Below the pieces are notes generated by a model, which ran no database searches, was not told where the DNA came from, and worked only from the letters and a program-made list of their open reading frames with translations. Made by a program: the position numbers and the translations under genes. Of a DNA stretch of 64,000 bases, positions 30,133 through 40,535 are shown in pieces (position 1 is the first letter of the stretch; each line of letters starts with the position of its first letter). The DNA is from Sedimentisphaeraceae bacterium JB056 (lineage in GTDB: Bacteria > Planctomycetota > Phycisphaerae > Sedimentisphaerales > Sedimentisphaeraceae). Where the stretch lies: the NCBI GenBank assembly GCA_044440125.1, contig JBITAJ010000029.1, forward strand, positions 343,318 through 407,317, given 5' to 3'.

Positions 30133-30819
30133 TTACGGTTTGCATTTTGAGCAGGGGCGTTTGCCTGCTTCTACTGCCTCTTCGCGGGTTTCGTAGGTTA
30201 CTCTGTTCTCCGGTTTAATTCTATCTATCCATGTGCAGTCTTTTTTGTGGAATATTTTACTGTTCTTGGAGCAGATGAAATTTGTTTCTTCTGCGGTTTC
30301 TGTGGTTTGTTCTGCTTGTTCTTTTAACTGCTGTTTTGCCTGAGGTTTTTCTTCTGTTTTAGCAGGTGGTGAGGCTGTCAGAGGTTTAGGAGTTTTAAGC
30401 TCGGCGAGCTTATGTTTTATCAGCTCTGGTGCGATGTAGAGACCATCAACTTTAACATCTGCTATTATCGCAAAGCTTTCACTATCGCGACAGATATTGC
30501 AGAGCGTTATTTTTGAATCTTTGAGTTTTTTCTCAAGAAAGATGGCAAGCTGTTCGTGATAGAATTCTTTGTCGCCGGTTATGTTTTGCGGCTCAGTGAT
30601 TCCTGCGATCTTAACAGTTATATCACGGCCTATGATCTCAGGCCAACTGTCAATACAGCAAACAAATTCAAGGCCGTTGCCGCAAGAAACAAATTTCGAA
30701 ACTTTTGCATCGCCGTATTGCCGCGTGCAGCTTTCCTGTTTCTTCTCCTGCGCAATGATTGGGTTAAGCATTAATGTAATCGTTAGTAATGCTGCAAGTA
30801 ATATTCTGGTTCCCTTCAT
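30133..30819 (-). CDS. Secreted thermonuclease-like (degenerate) protein with Ada-type metal-binding C-terminus
   Basis: V-IAGI-EP...IADV-VDG...L-K--LA, then SKNSKIFH-KDC...RPCSKCKP. Start at 30819 after GAGGAG. Confidence 0.65.
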   Translation of the reverse strand: MKGTRILLAALLTITLMLNPIIAQEKKQESCTRQYGDAKVSKFVSCGNGLEFVCCIDSWPEIIGRDITVKIAGITEPQNITGDKEFYHEQLAIFLEKKLKDSKITLCNICRDSESFAIIADVKVDGLYIAPELIKHKLAELKTPKPLTASPPAKTEEKPQAKQQLKEQAEQTTETAEETNFICSKNSKIFHKKDCTWIDRIKPENRVTYETREEAVEAGKRPCSKCKP

Positions 30820-30847
30820 TTTTTCTCCTCTCATAATTCAGGTTAAG

Positions 30848-30922
30848 AGCTATTAGCAATAAGCAATTAGCGGTTAGCTCAAATACGGCAATGCCACTAA
30901 TCGCTTACTGCTGACAGCTAAC
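30848..30922. repeat. Inverted degenerate heptamer arrays forming a hairpin
   Basis: tattagc aataagc aattagc ggttagc ... actaatc gcttact gctgaca gctaact. Confidence 0.6.
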
Positions 30923-32150
30923 TTTTCTTGCTTTCTTCATATACCTGCCATGCCGCTGGGAATGGACGCAGAGCCCTTTCAAAGATGCCGAGTGTGTATG
31001 CTATTGTAAGTCCGTAGTTAGTCATGGCAACGCCTGCGGCTTTTGCTTCCATCGTTCTTGAGAGCATTTGGCGTCTGTTCCACATGCAGCCGCCGCAATG
31101 GATGATCAGTTTGTAAGTTGCCAAGTCGTCCGGCCAGTCCGCGCCGCGGCGGTGTTCTATCTGGAGCTTGCCGCCCACGAACTGATTTAACCAGCGGGGG
31201 ATTTTAACTGTTCCGATATCCTCTGTTATCGGGTGGTGCGTGCACGATTCACAGATCAAAACCTTGTCGCCCGGCATGAGGTCTTCGATTACCATTGCTC
31301 CGCGTACCATCTCAACAAGGTTAGCCTTGAGCCTTGCGAACAGGATACTGAAGCTTGTCATAGGGATATCGTTCGGGGTATCGGCGGCTACTTTCAAAAA
31401 TGCCTGCGAGTCAGTCACGACAATGTCGGGTCTGAAGCCGAGTTTGTCGAGCATGCTGCGAAGCTCACGTTCCTTGCAGACGATCGCTGCCGCATCGCCG
31501 TCAAGCAAATCGCGGATGGTCTGTACCTGCGGCAGGATGAGTCTGCCTTTAGGTGCTTCTTTGTCGATAGGCACAACAAGCATTGCCGCGCCACCGGGTT
31601 TTACAAGGTCGCTTACGATTGCGGGCGATTTGAAAAATTCTTCCGGGGCGGTATCTATTATCGCTTTGCGGAGTTCGGTTATGCCTTTGTTTTCAGATGC
31701 ACTTATGACACATATCTTTTCGCAATGAGACTTCAATTCCTCAAGCTCTGTGTTTTGCGGCTGCTTGATGTCGGATTTATTAACTGCGATTATTACAGGT
31801 ATCTCAAGAGCCTTGAATTTCTCTGCAAGTTCGATTTCGAAGCTCCCCCAGCCGCCGGCTTCAGTTACTATGATTGCCACATCGGTTCGTTTGATTGCCT
31901 GTAAGCTCTTTTCGATTCGTTTTTCGCCGAGAGCTCCGGTGTCATCAATACCGGCAGTATCGATGAAGAGTACCGGACCGAGCGGCAGAAGCTCCATTGG
32001 CTTTTCTACCGGATCGGTGGTCGTGCCGGCAAAGTCGGAGACAATCGAAACCGATTGGCCGGTTAGGATGTTCAAAAGTGAACTTTTTCCCGCGTTTCTG
32101 CGGCCAAATATTCCTATATGAAGACGTAAACCTTTAGGTGTATTTTGCAT
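30918..32150 (-). CDS. hydF: [FeFe]-hydrogenase maturation GTPase
   Basis: GRRNAGKSS, GTTTDPV, DTAG, NKSD, APKGRLILPQ and CTHH...HCGGC cluster ligands. Confidence 0.96.
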   Translation of the reverse strand: MQNTPKGLRLHIGIFGRRNAGKSSLLNILTGQSVSIVSDFAGTTTDPVEKPMELLPLGPVLFIDTAGIDDTGALGEKRIEKSLQAIKRTDVAIIVTEAGGWGSFEIELAEKFKALEIPVIIAVNKSDIKQPQNTELEELKSHCEKICVISASENKGITELRKAIIDTAPEEFFKSPAIVSDLVKPGGAAMLVVPIDKEAPKGRLILPQVQTIRDLLDGDAAAIVCKERELRSMLDKLGFRPDIVVTDSQAFLKVAADTPNDIPMTSFSILFARLKANLVEMVRGAMVIEDLMPGDKVLICESCTHHPITEDIGTVKIPRWLNQFVGGKLQIEHRRGADWPDDLATYKLIIHCGGCMWNRRQMLSRTMEAKAAGVAMTNYGLTIAYTLGIFERALRPFPAAWQVYEESKKS

Positions 32151-32308
32151 CTTAAGTTGTTTCCTGTAGTTTAAGTTAATAGATCAGATTATAGCAGGGC
32201 GGGCGGGTTTTATCAAGCGTTAGGTGTATATATGGCCTGCCGCCTCGTTTTTATATGAGCTTGCGCGTTTGTGTTTTACTAATAGGCATTGGGCAGGAGG
32301 TGAAAGGC

Positions 32309-32378
32309 ATTAGTTTAGTAATTAGCAATAAGTTGTCAGCGATAAGTGATTAGATTAAGTTGTTGGGAATAAGTTAGT
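32309..32378 (+). repeat. Degenerate heptamer array upstream of hydF
   Basis: aattagc aataagt tgtcagc gataagt gattag; same family as 30848. Confidence 0.5.
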
Positions 32379-33078
32379 TACGGGGTAATGTGCCCGCTTC
32401 CTTTCGGGCGCGGTACTGTTGGTAGTGGGGAGCGTGGGATTTTTTTTATTTTTTTGGTAATTACTGGAATATGGTTGCGGTTTTGTGCGAAAATGCAAGC
32501 AACTTGGACACTTGGTTTGTCTCTAATAGCAAGATAGTATAACTTTTTTGACCTGAATTTAACCAAAACTGGTCTCAAATGCGACCAAACGCGCGCTTTT
32601 TGCTCACTTTTCAACGGTTTTTGATCAATTTCAGGGTAAAAAAGGGAAAAGTCTCATCGGGCTCGGAAAAATCGAGGGTTTTAACACTATGTTGCTGGAT
32701 TTAACGCAAAGACGCAATAGACGCAAAGTAAATTATTTTACCATGAAGCTATTTAAGGACATGAAGTTGATTTAAGCTGTTAGCGATTAGCAGTGGGGAA
32801 TTCCTGTACAGTTGGTCGTTCAGAATGGAAAGAAATTTATTGTAAATTAAAGCAGAGGGTGTAAAATGACTTTCAAGATTTTGGGATGATTAATTGCTGA
32901 TGTTTTTTTTATGAAAATAGGGGATTGTCTTCTATTTCCCGAAGCAACTTCCTTATGGGACTCTTCTGTCTTATAAACACCAGTGTACTGGAACAAATTC
33001 AAGTGCAATAGAGTTTCGTTTAACTGGTGATGCGGATAGTAGTTTTAATCAATTTAATAATAAATTAGGAGATATATT

Positions 33079-33471
33079 ATGTCATGGTGTTGCGAAGGCT
33101 TTGGGTTTCTTATTGATAATGATATCGACAAAGGACTTTCAGTATTTGCAAGCAAGGAATATGGAGAGAGGCATTTCTATTTACAAGCTTGTCCTTTTGA
33201 AAAAAAAGTCGTTTCTGAATTAAGTAAAATTAATCCGCAAACTGGTTTAACAAGGTTTTCTGAAATCAAAACACCAAATGAAATAGTTCAATTTTGGAAT
33301 ATGAGTATGGAAGTAGGAATTAATTATTGTATATTTTGTGGGAAAAAATTAAGTAAAGTCATTAAGAAGAATCAGAAAGAGTTTGATATGTTAGCAGAAA
33401 AGCACTTGGAATTATTAGAAAAATATTTCAATGAACATAGGGATAGGCAATCAGATATTTCAAATAATTGA
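33079..33471 (+). CDS. Very AT-rich hypothetical protein (CC...CxxC)
   Basis: AGGAG RBS; MSWCC...INYCIFCGKKL. Confidence 0.7.
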   Translation: MSWCCEGFGFLIDNDIDKGLSVFASKEYGERHFYLQACPFEKKVVSELSKINPQTGLTRFSEIKTPNEIVQFWNMSMEVGINYCIFCGKKLSKVIKKNQKEFDMLAEKHLELLEKYFNEHRDRQSDISNN

Positions 33472-33535
33472 ATCCAAGCTTAAAAGAGTTAGAGAATTAA
33501 TAAACTATGAAAGTCAGATTCTTGGGAGGGATTTT

Positions 33536-34639
33536 GTGATACAAGATTTGCGTATGATTTCAAAACTGTATGTTATAATATGTTGTTTATTTATGTTATC
33601 TCTGAGCGGTTGTTATCGCGGTATTGCTGAGAAGATGATTAAAGCTCCTAATTACGGCAAGACACTTGAAGAAGTTGAAACTTATGATTCATGGCAGTTT
33701 GAGAAATTGCAGATTGATGACCATTTTAAGGTGGCGGCAAGCGAGGAGGGAATTTTTCTTGATGTTGGTGTGATAGAGCCTAAAAGTAAATGGGAGGTTA
33801 CTGCTGAATGCGAATGGTTTGAATATTTTTCATTCCCCAGTAATCAAAAAATACCGGATAAGATGTATTGGGAAAGATGCCCTGATGTAGGTGCCTATAC
33901 TGAGGGGCTTTCGTTTACCAGTGTTCCTGAAGAAGAGGTGTTGTGGCAGCAGATAAGGGGTACAGTAATTCTTGTCCATGGTTTGTGGATGGATAAGACT
34001 CTTTATGCCTTCAGTTGGGGGCAGATTTTATCCGTTTATGGATACCGTGTTATCTTGGTTGACTTACGTGGACATGGCCGTTCCACCGGGGACTATATTA
34101 CTTTTGGCAGTAAGGAATCTGATGATATTGTCAGCCTTATAGATTCTCTTGAAAAGTCGTGTCTGCTTGAGGGGCAGTTGATCTTGTTTGGTGAATCTTT
34201 GGGGGCAGCCGTTGCGATTGAGACTGCCGCGATAGATGATAGGGTTACTGGTGTGATTGCTATATCACCTTTTGTGACTATAAGGGATGCTGCACCTCAC
34301 TTTTCAAAACAACGTTTCAGCTTTTTAAACATGATGCTTGGTCAAGATGGAATTGACAGGGTAATTGATGAAGCCGGTGATATTGGTGGTTTTTCCCCAG
34401 ATGCTAACACGCCGTTGGATGCAGTTGAGGAGCTCGAGATTCCTGTTTTATTCATACATGGCAGTGAAGATAAACACGTGCCATGCATGCATAGCATAGC
34501 GATGTCGCAGGCGTGTCACTTGGGTACTCTTGAAATAATTGAGGGTAAGGGTCATATGAATATAACATTCGCGAATATGTATTCATTGCGGGACAAGATC
34601 ATAAACTGGCTTGAAACTATTGACAATGGAAAGTTTTGA
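33536..34639 (+). CDS. Alpha/beta hydrolase lipoprotein
   Basis: Lipobox LSGC, VHG, DLRGHGRS, GESLG, HGSED and GH. Start at GTG 33536 after GGAGG (alternative ATG 33554). Confidence 0.85.
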   Translation: MIQDLRMISKLYVIICCLFMLSLSGCYRGIAEKMIKAPNYGKTLEEVETYDSWQFEKLQIDDHFKVAASEEGIFLDVGVIEPKSKWEVTAECEWFEYFSFPSNQKIPDKMYWERCPDVGAYTEGLSFTSVPEEEVLWQQIRGTVILVHGLWMDKTLYAFSWGQILSVYGYRVILVDLRGHGRSTGDYITFGSKESDDIVSLIDSLEKSCLLEGQLILFGESLGAAVAIETAAIDDRVTGVIAISPFVTIRDAAPHFSKQRFSFLNMMLGQDGIDRVIDEAGDIGGFSPDANTPLDAVEELEIPVLFIHGSEDKHVPCMHSIAMSQACHLGTLEIIEGKGHMNITFANMYSLRDKIINWLETIDNGKF

Positions 34640-34718
34640 TTTTTTTGGAGTAGCGGGGGTAATTGTCTGTTGCCGGTTGTTGATTGTAGGTTTTATATAT
34701 CAGCAACTATGAATTAAG

Positions 34719-34770
34719 AAAGCCTTCAGGGATTTAACTTTATCTTACTTTATTCCCTGAAGGCTTTTTT
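34719..34770. terminator. Terminator between convergent genes
   Basis: AAAGCCTTCAGGGA...TCCCTGAAGGCTTTTTT. Confidence 0.7.
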
Positions 34771-34817
34771 GTTTTGCGTTTAGAATTGCCCGCTTACTTA
34801 CGTTTGCGGCAGTGTTG

Positions 34818-36689
34818 TCAGTCTACTATTTTTTCGTTTGACGGTTTTGTAAGGAAAGTGACTATTATCGCAACCAGTGCCGAGAGCGGCAGGGCGATTA
34901 TCACCGGGTCGACTACCGACCAGTTTGGTTTGTCGAGAAGCAGTGAGTGTTTCTCGAAGAGTGCGTAGCAGAGGCCGATTGCTCTTGCTTCCTTATCCTT
35001 TATGAACAGCAGCCAGAAAGCTACTACGATCAGTCCGGTAAACATAGATGCTTTTGACGCCGCTCTTGTCATTCTCTTGCAGAATAGTGCACCGACGTAT
35101 GAAGGCAGGAATACTGCGGCACACAGGCCGAAGAATATCGCTGTGATACGTGCGATGATGTAGCCGCCTCTTGCGTAGTGGCTGAATATAACCGCGATGG
35201 TTATTCCGATTATGATGCCGATACGTGTGATTGTGACGGTGTTCTGATTTTTCTTGTGTACAAACTGCTCGTATACATCACGTCCGATGCTTGTTCCTAC
35301 CGCGTGGAACTGGCTTGAGAGCGTACTCATTGCGGCCGAAAGCAGTGTCAGCAGGTATATGAGGCCAAACCAACGCGGCATAGCACTGATGACGTAAGTA
35401 GGTATGATACTGCCTGAGTTCATCATCCATTCGCCGGTTTTTGTCTTTACGATTGCTCTTGTGTACGATGTGGCTCTTGGCGATACCTCAACCATGCCGT
35501 CGCCGAGGTCCTTGATGTCGGCTTGGGGCATTAGTTTTGAGAATGGTATTACTTTTCCGCCTGCCTCAACATCATAGCCGTTGGCGATAATATTGACATC
35601 AGCTTCGCCGTCTCCGACCGTGTCGATGTGGAGAAGTCGGCAAGGTATGCTTTTTACAAGGTCTTTCTCTTTCTTGGCGATTACGTTTGTGCGTTCGGTA
35701 GTTGCGACGACCTTGCCTGTTATGGTCTCATATTTATAGAAGTAGAGGTTGCTGAGTGAGCCTACTACGAATGCTACGCCTGTCATAACGAGTATGAAGC
35801 AGCCGCCGATAAGTACCGCGCGGTTGAGCTCGCGTTTGCTTTTAACTGTCATGAATCTTACCGCAAGCTGAGGCTGAGCCAGTACGCCGATACCGACACC
35901 CATGGTTATCGTTGAGATTATGATCCACCATAGATTGTGCTTTTGTTCTCCCCAGCCGAATTCGGGCATTTGCGTCCAGCCCTTGAAGCCGATGCCGCCA
36001 AAGAGTGAGGGCAGGGCACTCATTTCGGTAAGGTCTGTGTGTGCCTTGGTTACTCCGCCAAGTTTCATGTATGTGCATACGAATAGTATTATCATGCCTG
36101 CGAACATTACCGTACCCTGCAGAGCATCGCTGTATATAACGCCCTTGAGCCCGCCCATTACTACGTAAGCAGCGATTATGACGCTGAATACCAATAGTGC
36201 GGCATGATAGTTGACGGCAAATTTTGCCGCGATGAATTCACATCCGCCGATAAGAACGGCTGCCGCGTAAAGCGGGATGAATATGAAGATTATAAGCCCG
36301 CAGAAAACCTGAATGAACTTGCTTGAGAATCTTCTGCCTAAAAGTTCGGGGAATGTGTGAGCACCGAGATGGTGGCCGAGTCTTCTTGTGGGGCCGCCTA
36401 AGAATACGAAGGCTATAAAGATTCCGACAAAGACCGTCAGGAATGTCAGCCACAGAAGGCTCATTCCGAACATGCCTGCTACGCCGCCAAAGCCTACGAT
36501 CGCACTTGTCGATATAAATGTGGCTCCGTAGCTCATTGCCATTAGAAAGGGGTGTACTTCACGGCCTGCGATGAGGTAATCGACGCTGTTTCGAGTTTTT
36601 CTGAATCCCAGCCAGCCGAGGTAAAATGTTATCAATAAATACATCAAGACGAATATTGTGTCGCTTAGACTTACTTGTGCCAATGTCAT
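34818..36689 (-). CDS. Sodium:solute symporter family protein with a large soluble insertion
   Basis: DYLIAGR, SYGATFISTSAIVG, GGLKGV-Y-D--QG, QPQLAVRF and LSAAMSTLSSQ. Confidence 0.92.
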   Translation of the reverse strand: MTLAQVSLSDTIFVLMYLLITFYLGWLGFRKTRNSVDYLIAGREVHPFLMAMSYGATFISTSAIVGFGGVAGMFGMSLLWLTFLTVFVGIFIAFVFLGGPTRRLGHHLGAHTFPELLGRRFSSKFIQVFCGLIIFIFIPLYAAAVLIGGCEFIAAKFAVNYHAALLVFSVIIAAYVVMGGLKGVIYSDALQGTVMFAGMIILFVCTYMKLGGVTKAHTDLTEMSALPSLFGGIGFKGWTQMPEFGWGEQKHNLWWIIISTITMGVGIGVLAQPQLAVRFMTVKSKRELNRAVLIGGCFILVMTGVAFVVGSLSNLYFYKYETITGKVVATTERTNVIAKKEKDLVKSIPCRLLHIDTVGDGEADVNIIANGYDVEAGGKVIPFSKLMPQADIKDLGDGMVEVSPRATSYTRAIVKTKTGEWMMNSGSIIPTYVISAMPRWFGLIYLLTLLSAAMSTLSSQFHAVGTSIGRDVYEQFVHKKNQNTVTITRIGIIIGITIAVIFSHYARGGYIIARITAIFFGLCAAVFLPSYVGALFCKRMTRAASKASMFTGLIVVAFWLLFIKDKEARAIGLCYALFEKHSLLLDKPNWSVVDPVIIALPLSALVAIIVTFLTKPSNEKIVD

Positions 36690-36758
36690 AAATTAATCTC
36701 CGTTAAGATTTTGGATTAGATGAATTTGAGGATTTGCAGTTTTATCAAATGCCGAGAG

Positions 36759-36929
36759 TTAGAGAACCTCTTCGATTTCCTTCTCTTCATTTGCCCATTT
36801 GATATCACCCGGCTCTACTTCGTCAGAACCTTTGTTCCAGTTTATTATGCCGTAAATAACGCATAATAGAGTGCTTATGACAGCAAGCCCGTATGCTAAT
36901 ACAACGCCAACACTGTTAATTCCAAACAT
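36759..36929 (-). CDS. Symporter small accessory membrane protein, 56 aa
   Basis: Not in the ORF track. MFGINSVGVVLAYGLAVISTLLCVIYGIINWNKGSDEVEPGDIKWANEEKEIEEVL; lies directly upstream of the symporter. Confidence 0.82.
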   Translation of the reverse strand: MFGINSVGVVLAYGLAVISTLLCVIYGIINWNKGSDEVEPGDIKWANEEKEIEEVL

Positions 36930-37233
36930 TAACCTACCCTTTCAATACCACTTTATCAGTTAATAATACCTATACAACACTTAGGTGTTACTATGAATAG
37001 AAACGTATAGTAGCAAATAAGCTGTAAATTGCAAGAATATGTTTCTATTGATCATATAAAAGGGCGGTCTGGATTAAACTGAGTCATTGTAATACTTAAA
37101 TTGTTTTGTTCTTGACTTTTAAGTGTTTCTAATCGTATAATTAATTTTCCTATGAGGGTTGTATTGCTGGAAAGTCAGTATTGGATTGGATTTAGCTTTT
37201 CAAGGTTTTTGGAAATTATTTTGTGAGTTAGAT

Positions 37234-40212
37234 ATGAAAAATATATTTGTGTTGTTGTTGTGTTTGTTTTCTTCATTTTGTTTTGCTGCTTCTGATACAC
37301 CCGTTGCTCAATTATCAAGTTGGGTCAGCGCATCATCCTATAATGGCGTTTGTACGGTGTCATACAGTTTACAGGGCTCCGATAGTGACAGGTTCACTGT
37401 CAGTTTGGAAGTAAGCGATGACGGCGGTCAGAGCTATGGCATAATCCCTGCGGCATTGGCGGGTGATTTCGGTTCCGGTATTACGCCCGGTTTTCACAAA
37501 ATTTCATGGGATCACAGCGCCGATCTTCCCGGTGCATATGGCGATGATTACAGGGCAAAGGTCATTGTGCAGAAAGACAGTTATCATGGTAGTGAGGATA
37601 GTCTTGAGTGGGTTGATATTTATGACAGCGGGAGAATGCACATAACTCCAACTGACTCCCAGTATTATGATATTTACTGGTATCTTGGCGGTTTTGACGG
37701 CTGGATGAGCAAATATGAGGTAACTAATCAGCAGTATTGCGATTATCTTAATTCTGCTTTATCAAGCGGTGATATTTTTGTTGAAGGGGGATTTGTTTTT
37801 TCGACAGGGCAGACGGACAGCGAAAAATATCTTTTTGTAACGAGAAATGTCAAAACAACGAGCCAGATTACTTACTCTGATGGTGTTTTCAGTGTTTGCC
37901 AGCGGGAAGGAATGCTGAAATTTGATTATGATAATGGGCTTCATTATGAATCTGTGGATATGAGTTTGTATCCGGTTGTTGAGGTTTCATTTCTTGGTGC
38001 TGAGGCTTTTTGCGATTATTACGGTTATTATCTGCCAACCTCAGATCAATGGAGCAGTGTTGCCGACTATGACGGCGAGTCTTACGGCGGCGTATATCAG
38101 TATGCTTTTGGTAACAGGTTTACTTATAGCGGGATGCCGATGAACTATGGCAGTGTCAGTTCCTGGCATCCCTTAAAAGACCCGCCGTATATTGAACCGG
38201 TTACATTATTCGAGCCGTTTGGTTATGGTCTTTACAATATGTCGGGTAATGTTGCCGAATGGGTGGAGACGTTTTATACTTCAGGCACAATAGCGGCTGG
38301 TGGAAGTTGGGACAGTGAACATTTCAACTGTACGGTGATGGCTATATCGTCTCCTCCATATCTTGGGAGTGATTCAAAGACAGGATTCAGACCGTGCAGT
38401 GCAAGGCGTTCAGTGGAGAGTGATGTATTCTCTATAGATGGAAGAGAGGTTACTATTACTTTTGATGCAGGCAATCACGGCACAATTGCAGAGGGTGAAT
38501 GTTCACAGACTGTCTTTAGCGGGCAGTTCGTAACAGCACCGGTTGTAACACCGGATACAGGATGGTTGTTTGCCGGTTGGGATGTCGAGCCGCCTTATAA
38601 TTGGGGAGGCTTGTTGCATTATCAGGTAACTGAAGATATGACTGTAACCGCTCAATATGAGCTTGAGGCTTATACTGTTACCTTTGACTCCGGCGAACAT
38701 GGCAATATTGCGACTGAGAATTTATCTCAGAATGTTCAGTATGGCAGCACGCCTGATTATCCTGAAGTAACACCAGATTATGGTTGGTTATTTACCGGTT
38801 GGGATAATGAGCCTTCTGCAGTTACCGGCGATATGACGATAACGGCTCAATTTGAGGTTAGAACTTATACCGTTACATTTTTGCCTTATGAATGTGTTGA
38901 GGTTATATCAGGTGATCTTGTTCAGCAGGTTCCCCATGGCAGTGATGCCGTCCCGCCGGTAATTGAGGCTAATGATGGCTGGATTGTTGAAGGATGGGAG
39001 GATGGCTATACGAATATAGATTATAGCAGGGCCATAGGTATGGATGCTATAGAGATACCTGCCGGCACCGGCACTTTGAACGACCCTTACCAAATAATAG
39101 ATTTGAGGCATTTTTCTTTCATTAATGACAATCTTTCCTCGAATTATATCCTTATGGAAGATATATACATGCAGTCTGAGAGTTATTCGCAGGCGATTAT
39201 TGCCCCCGGCTCCTCAAAATTTACCGGAACATTCAATGGTAATGGTAAATTTATCTCAAGGATAAATATTGATGGCGGCGATTCGGGGACAAACCTTGGC
39301 TTCTTCGGTACAATATCAGGTTTTGGGGCAAAGGTTTACGATCTTGGCATAATCCACAGTAATCAAGTCTGCGGCTACGACAGTATTGGAGTGCTTTGCG
39401 GACGAGTAGAGTATGGTGCAACTATGTCAAATTGTTATACAGATGGTAATGTGAGGGGTAAAGTTAATCTGGGCGGTCTTTGCGGATTGAATAGCGGAAC
39501 AATTGAGAAATGTTATACCACAACATCGGTACTTGGTTTGTTTGAGTATTCCTATGATGAAACCTCTTTTGTAGGCGGTTTTTGCGGTCAGAATATGGGA
39601 ACAATAGCGAATTGTTACTCATGGGGTGATGTAGAGGCGGAAAGCTATCTTGGTGGTTTTTGCGGTCTTAATGCGATGGGGTCTATAAATAATTGTTACT
39701 CAACCGGAGCCGTAATCTTGACAAAACCATGGAACAGCGATTATGCCGGCGGCTTCTATGGCGACAATATGGATGGTTTTATTGAAAACTGTTTCTGGGA
39801 TTATCAGTCTTCGGGTATCAGTACCAATCCTGCCGTGATAGACCCTGCTACCGGTGAGGTTAATACTTCATGTCCTATGCCCGAAAAGCTTACGACCGTC
39901 CAGCTCAAGGATGCGCAGGCATTGATTGATGCCGGATGGGATTTTGTTAGCGAAACAGCCAATGGCACGGACGATATATGGTATCGGCAAACTTACGAAT
40001 ATCCGATATTCAATTGGGACGCGAGTTATGCCGTGGGTGATGTAAATCGCGATAAGTTTGTCAATGAGGTTGATATTTTCATCTTTGCCGAAGCATGGCT
40101 TTCCCAGAGCTATGACTATATGTGCGATATTTATCCTCTCGGCGGCGATGGATATGTAACATATATAGATTTTGCCGTCATGGCGAGCAACTGGAAGGGC
40201 GGGCAAAGATAA
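37234..40212 (+). CDS. Large secreted modular protein: FGE-sulfatase (SUMF1) domain, InlB/B-repeats, GLUG region, double dockerin-like tail
   Basis: MSKYEVTNQQY, LPT-DQW, GLYNMSGNVAEW and GFR; three VTF...GW repeats; VGGFCG repeats; GDVNRD...DFAVMASNW. Start at ATG 37234. Confidence 0.85.
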   Translation: MKNIFVLLLCLFSSFCFAASDTPVAQLSSWVSASSYNGVCTVSYSLQGSDSDRFTVSLEVSDDGGQSYGIIPAALAGDFGSGITPGFHKISWDHSADLPGAYGDDYRAKVIVQKDSYHGSEDSLEWVDIYDSGRMHITPTDSQYYDIYWYLGGFDGWMSKYEVTNQQYCDYLNSALSSGDIFVEGGFVFSTGQTDSEKYLFVTRNVKTTSQITYSDGVFSVCQREGMLKFDYDNGLHYESVDMSLYPVVEVSFLGAEAFCDYYGYYLPTSDQWSSVADYDGESYGGVYQYAFGNRFTYSGMPMNYGSVSSWHPLKDPPYIEPVTLFEPFGYGLYNMSGNVAEWVETFYTSGTIAAGGSWDSEHFNCTVMAISSPPYLGSDSKTGFRPCSARRSVESDVFSIDGREVTITFDAGNHGTIAEGECSQTVFSGQFVTAPVVTPDTGWLFAGWDVEPPYNWGGLLHYQVTEDMTVTAQYELEAYTVTFDSGEHGNIATENLSQNVQYGSTPDYPEVTPDYGWLFTGWDNEPSAVTGDMTITAQFEVRTYTVTFLPYECVEVISGDLVQQVPHGSDAVPPVIEANDGWIVEGWEDGYTNIDYSRAIGMDAIEIPAGTGTLNDPYQIIDLRHFSFINDNLSSNYILMEDIYMQSESYSQAIIAPGSSKFTGTFNGNGKFISRINIDGGDSGTNLGFFGTISGFGAKVYDLGIIHSNQVCGYDSIGVLCGRVEYGATMSNCYTDGNVRGKVNLGGLCGLNSGTIEKCYTTTSVLGLFEYSYDETSFVGGFCGQNMGTIANCYSWGDVEAESYLGGFCGLNAMGSINNCYSTGAVILTKPWNSDYAGGFYGDNMDGFIENCFWDYQSSGISTNPAVIDPATGEVNTSCPMPEKLTTVQLKDAQALIDAGWDFVSETANGTDDIWYRQTYEYPIFNWDASYAVGDVNRDKFVNEVDIFIFAEAWLSQSYDYMCDIYPLGGDGYVTYIDFAVMASNWKGGQR

Positions 40213-40500
40213 GTTCTGATTTTTGATGTTCGTAAAGGCTTTCCGAGAAAAGTGCTTGAGTTTCAACAAAAGTCCTAATATTGCTATTTAAATATCTTGT
40301 TTTTTTTATTAAAGCATGTTTTTGTGTTTTAATTCTTTATTGATTATGTTAAGCTGAACAAAGGTATTAGTGGTTTACGTTATCTTTTAAAATATCGTAC
40401 AGGTACCGGTGGAGTAATATGCAGGGGAATTCAGCTTGTTGATTTAGCATCTATATTAAGCCAAACGAATAAAAATTTTCAGGAGGATCAATATGTTTTC

Positions 40501-40535
40501 TGCTTGGTCTTGGCGGGATTGCGGTTGTCCGCAGG
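40501..40535 (+). repeat. Orphan copy of PEP-CTERM tail coding sequence (copy 1 of 3)
   Basis: TGCTTGGTCTTGGCGGGATTGCGGTTGTCCGCAGG is 34/35 identical to 42072-42106 and 33/35 to 42626-42660. Confidence 0.9.

Noticed and set aside
32378..32614. 78-aa minus-strand ORF upstream of hydF
   Set aside because: No clear RBS or motif, and it lies in repeat-rich intergenic DNA.
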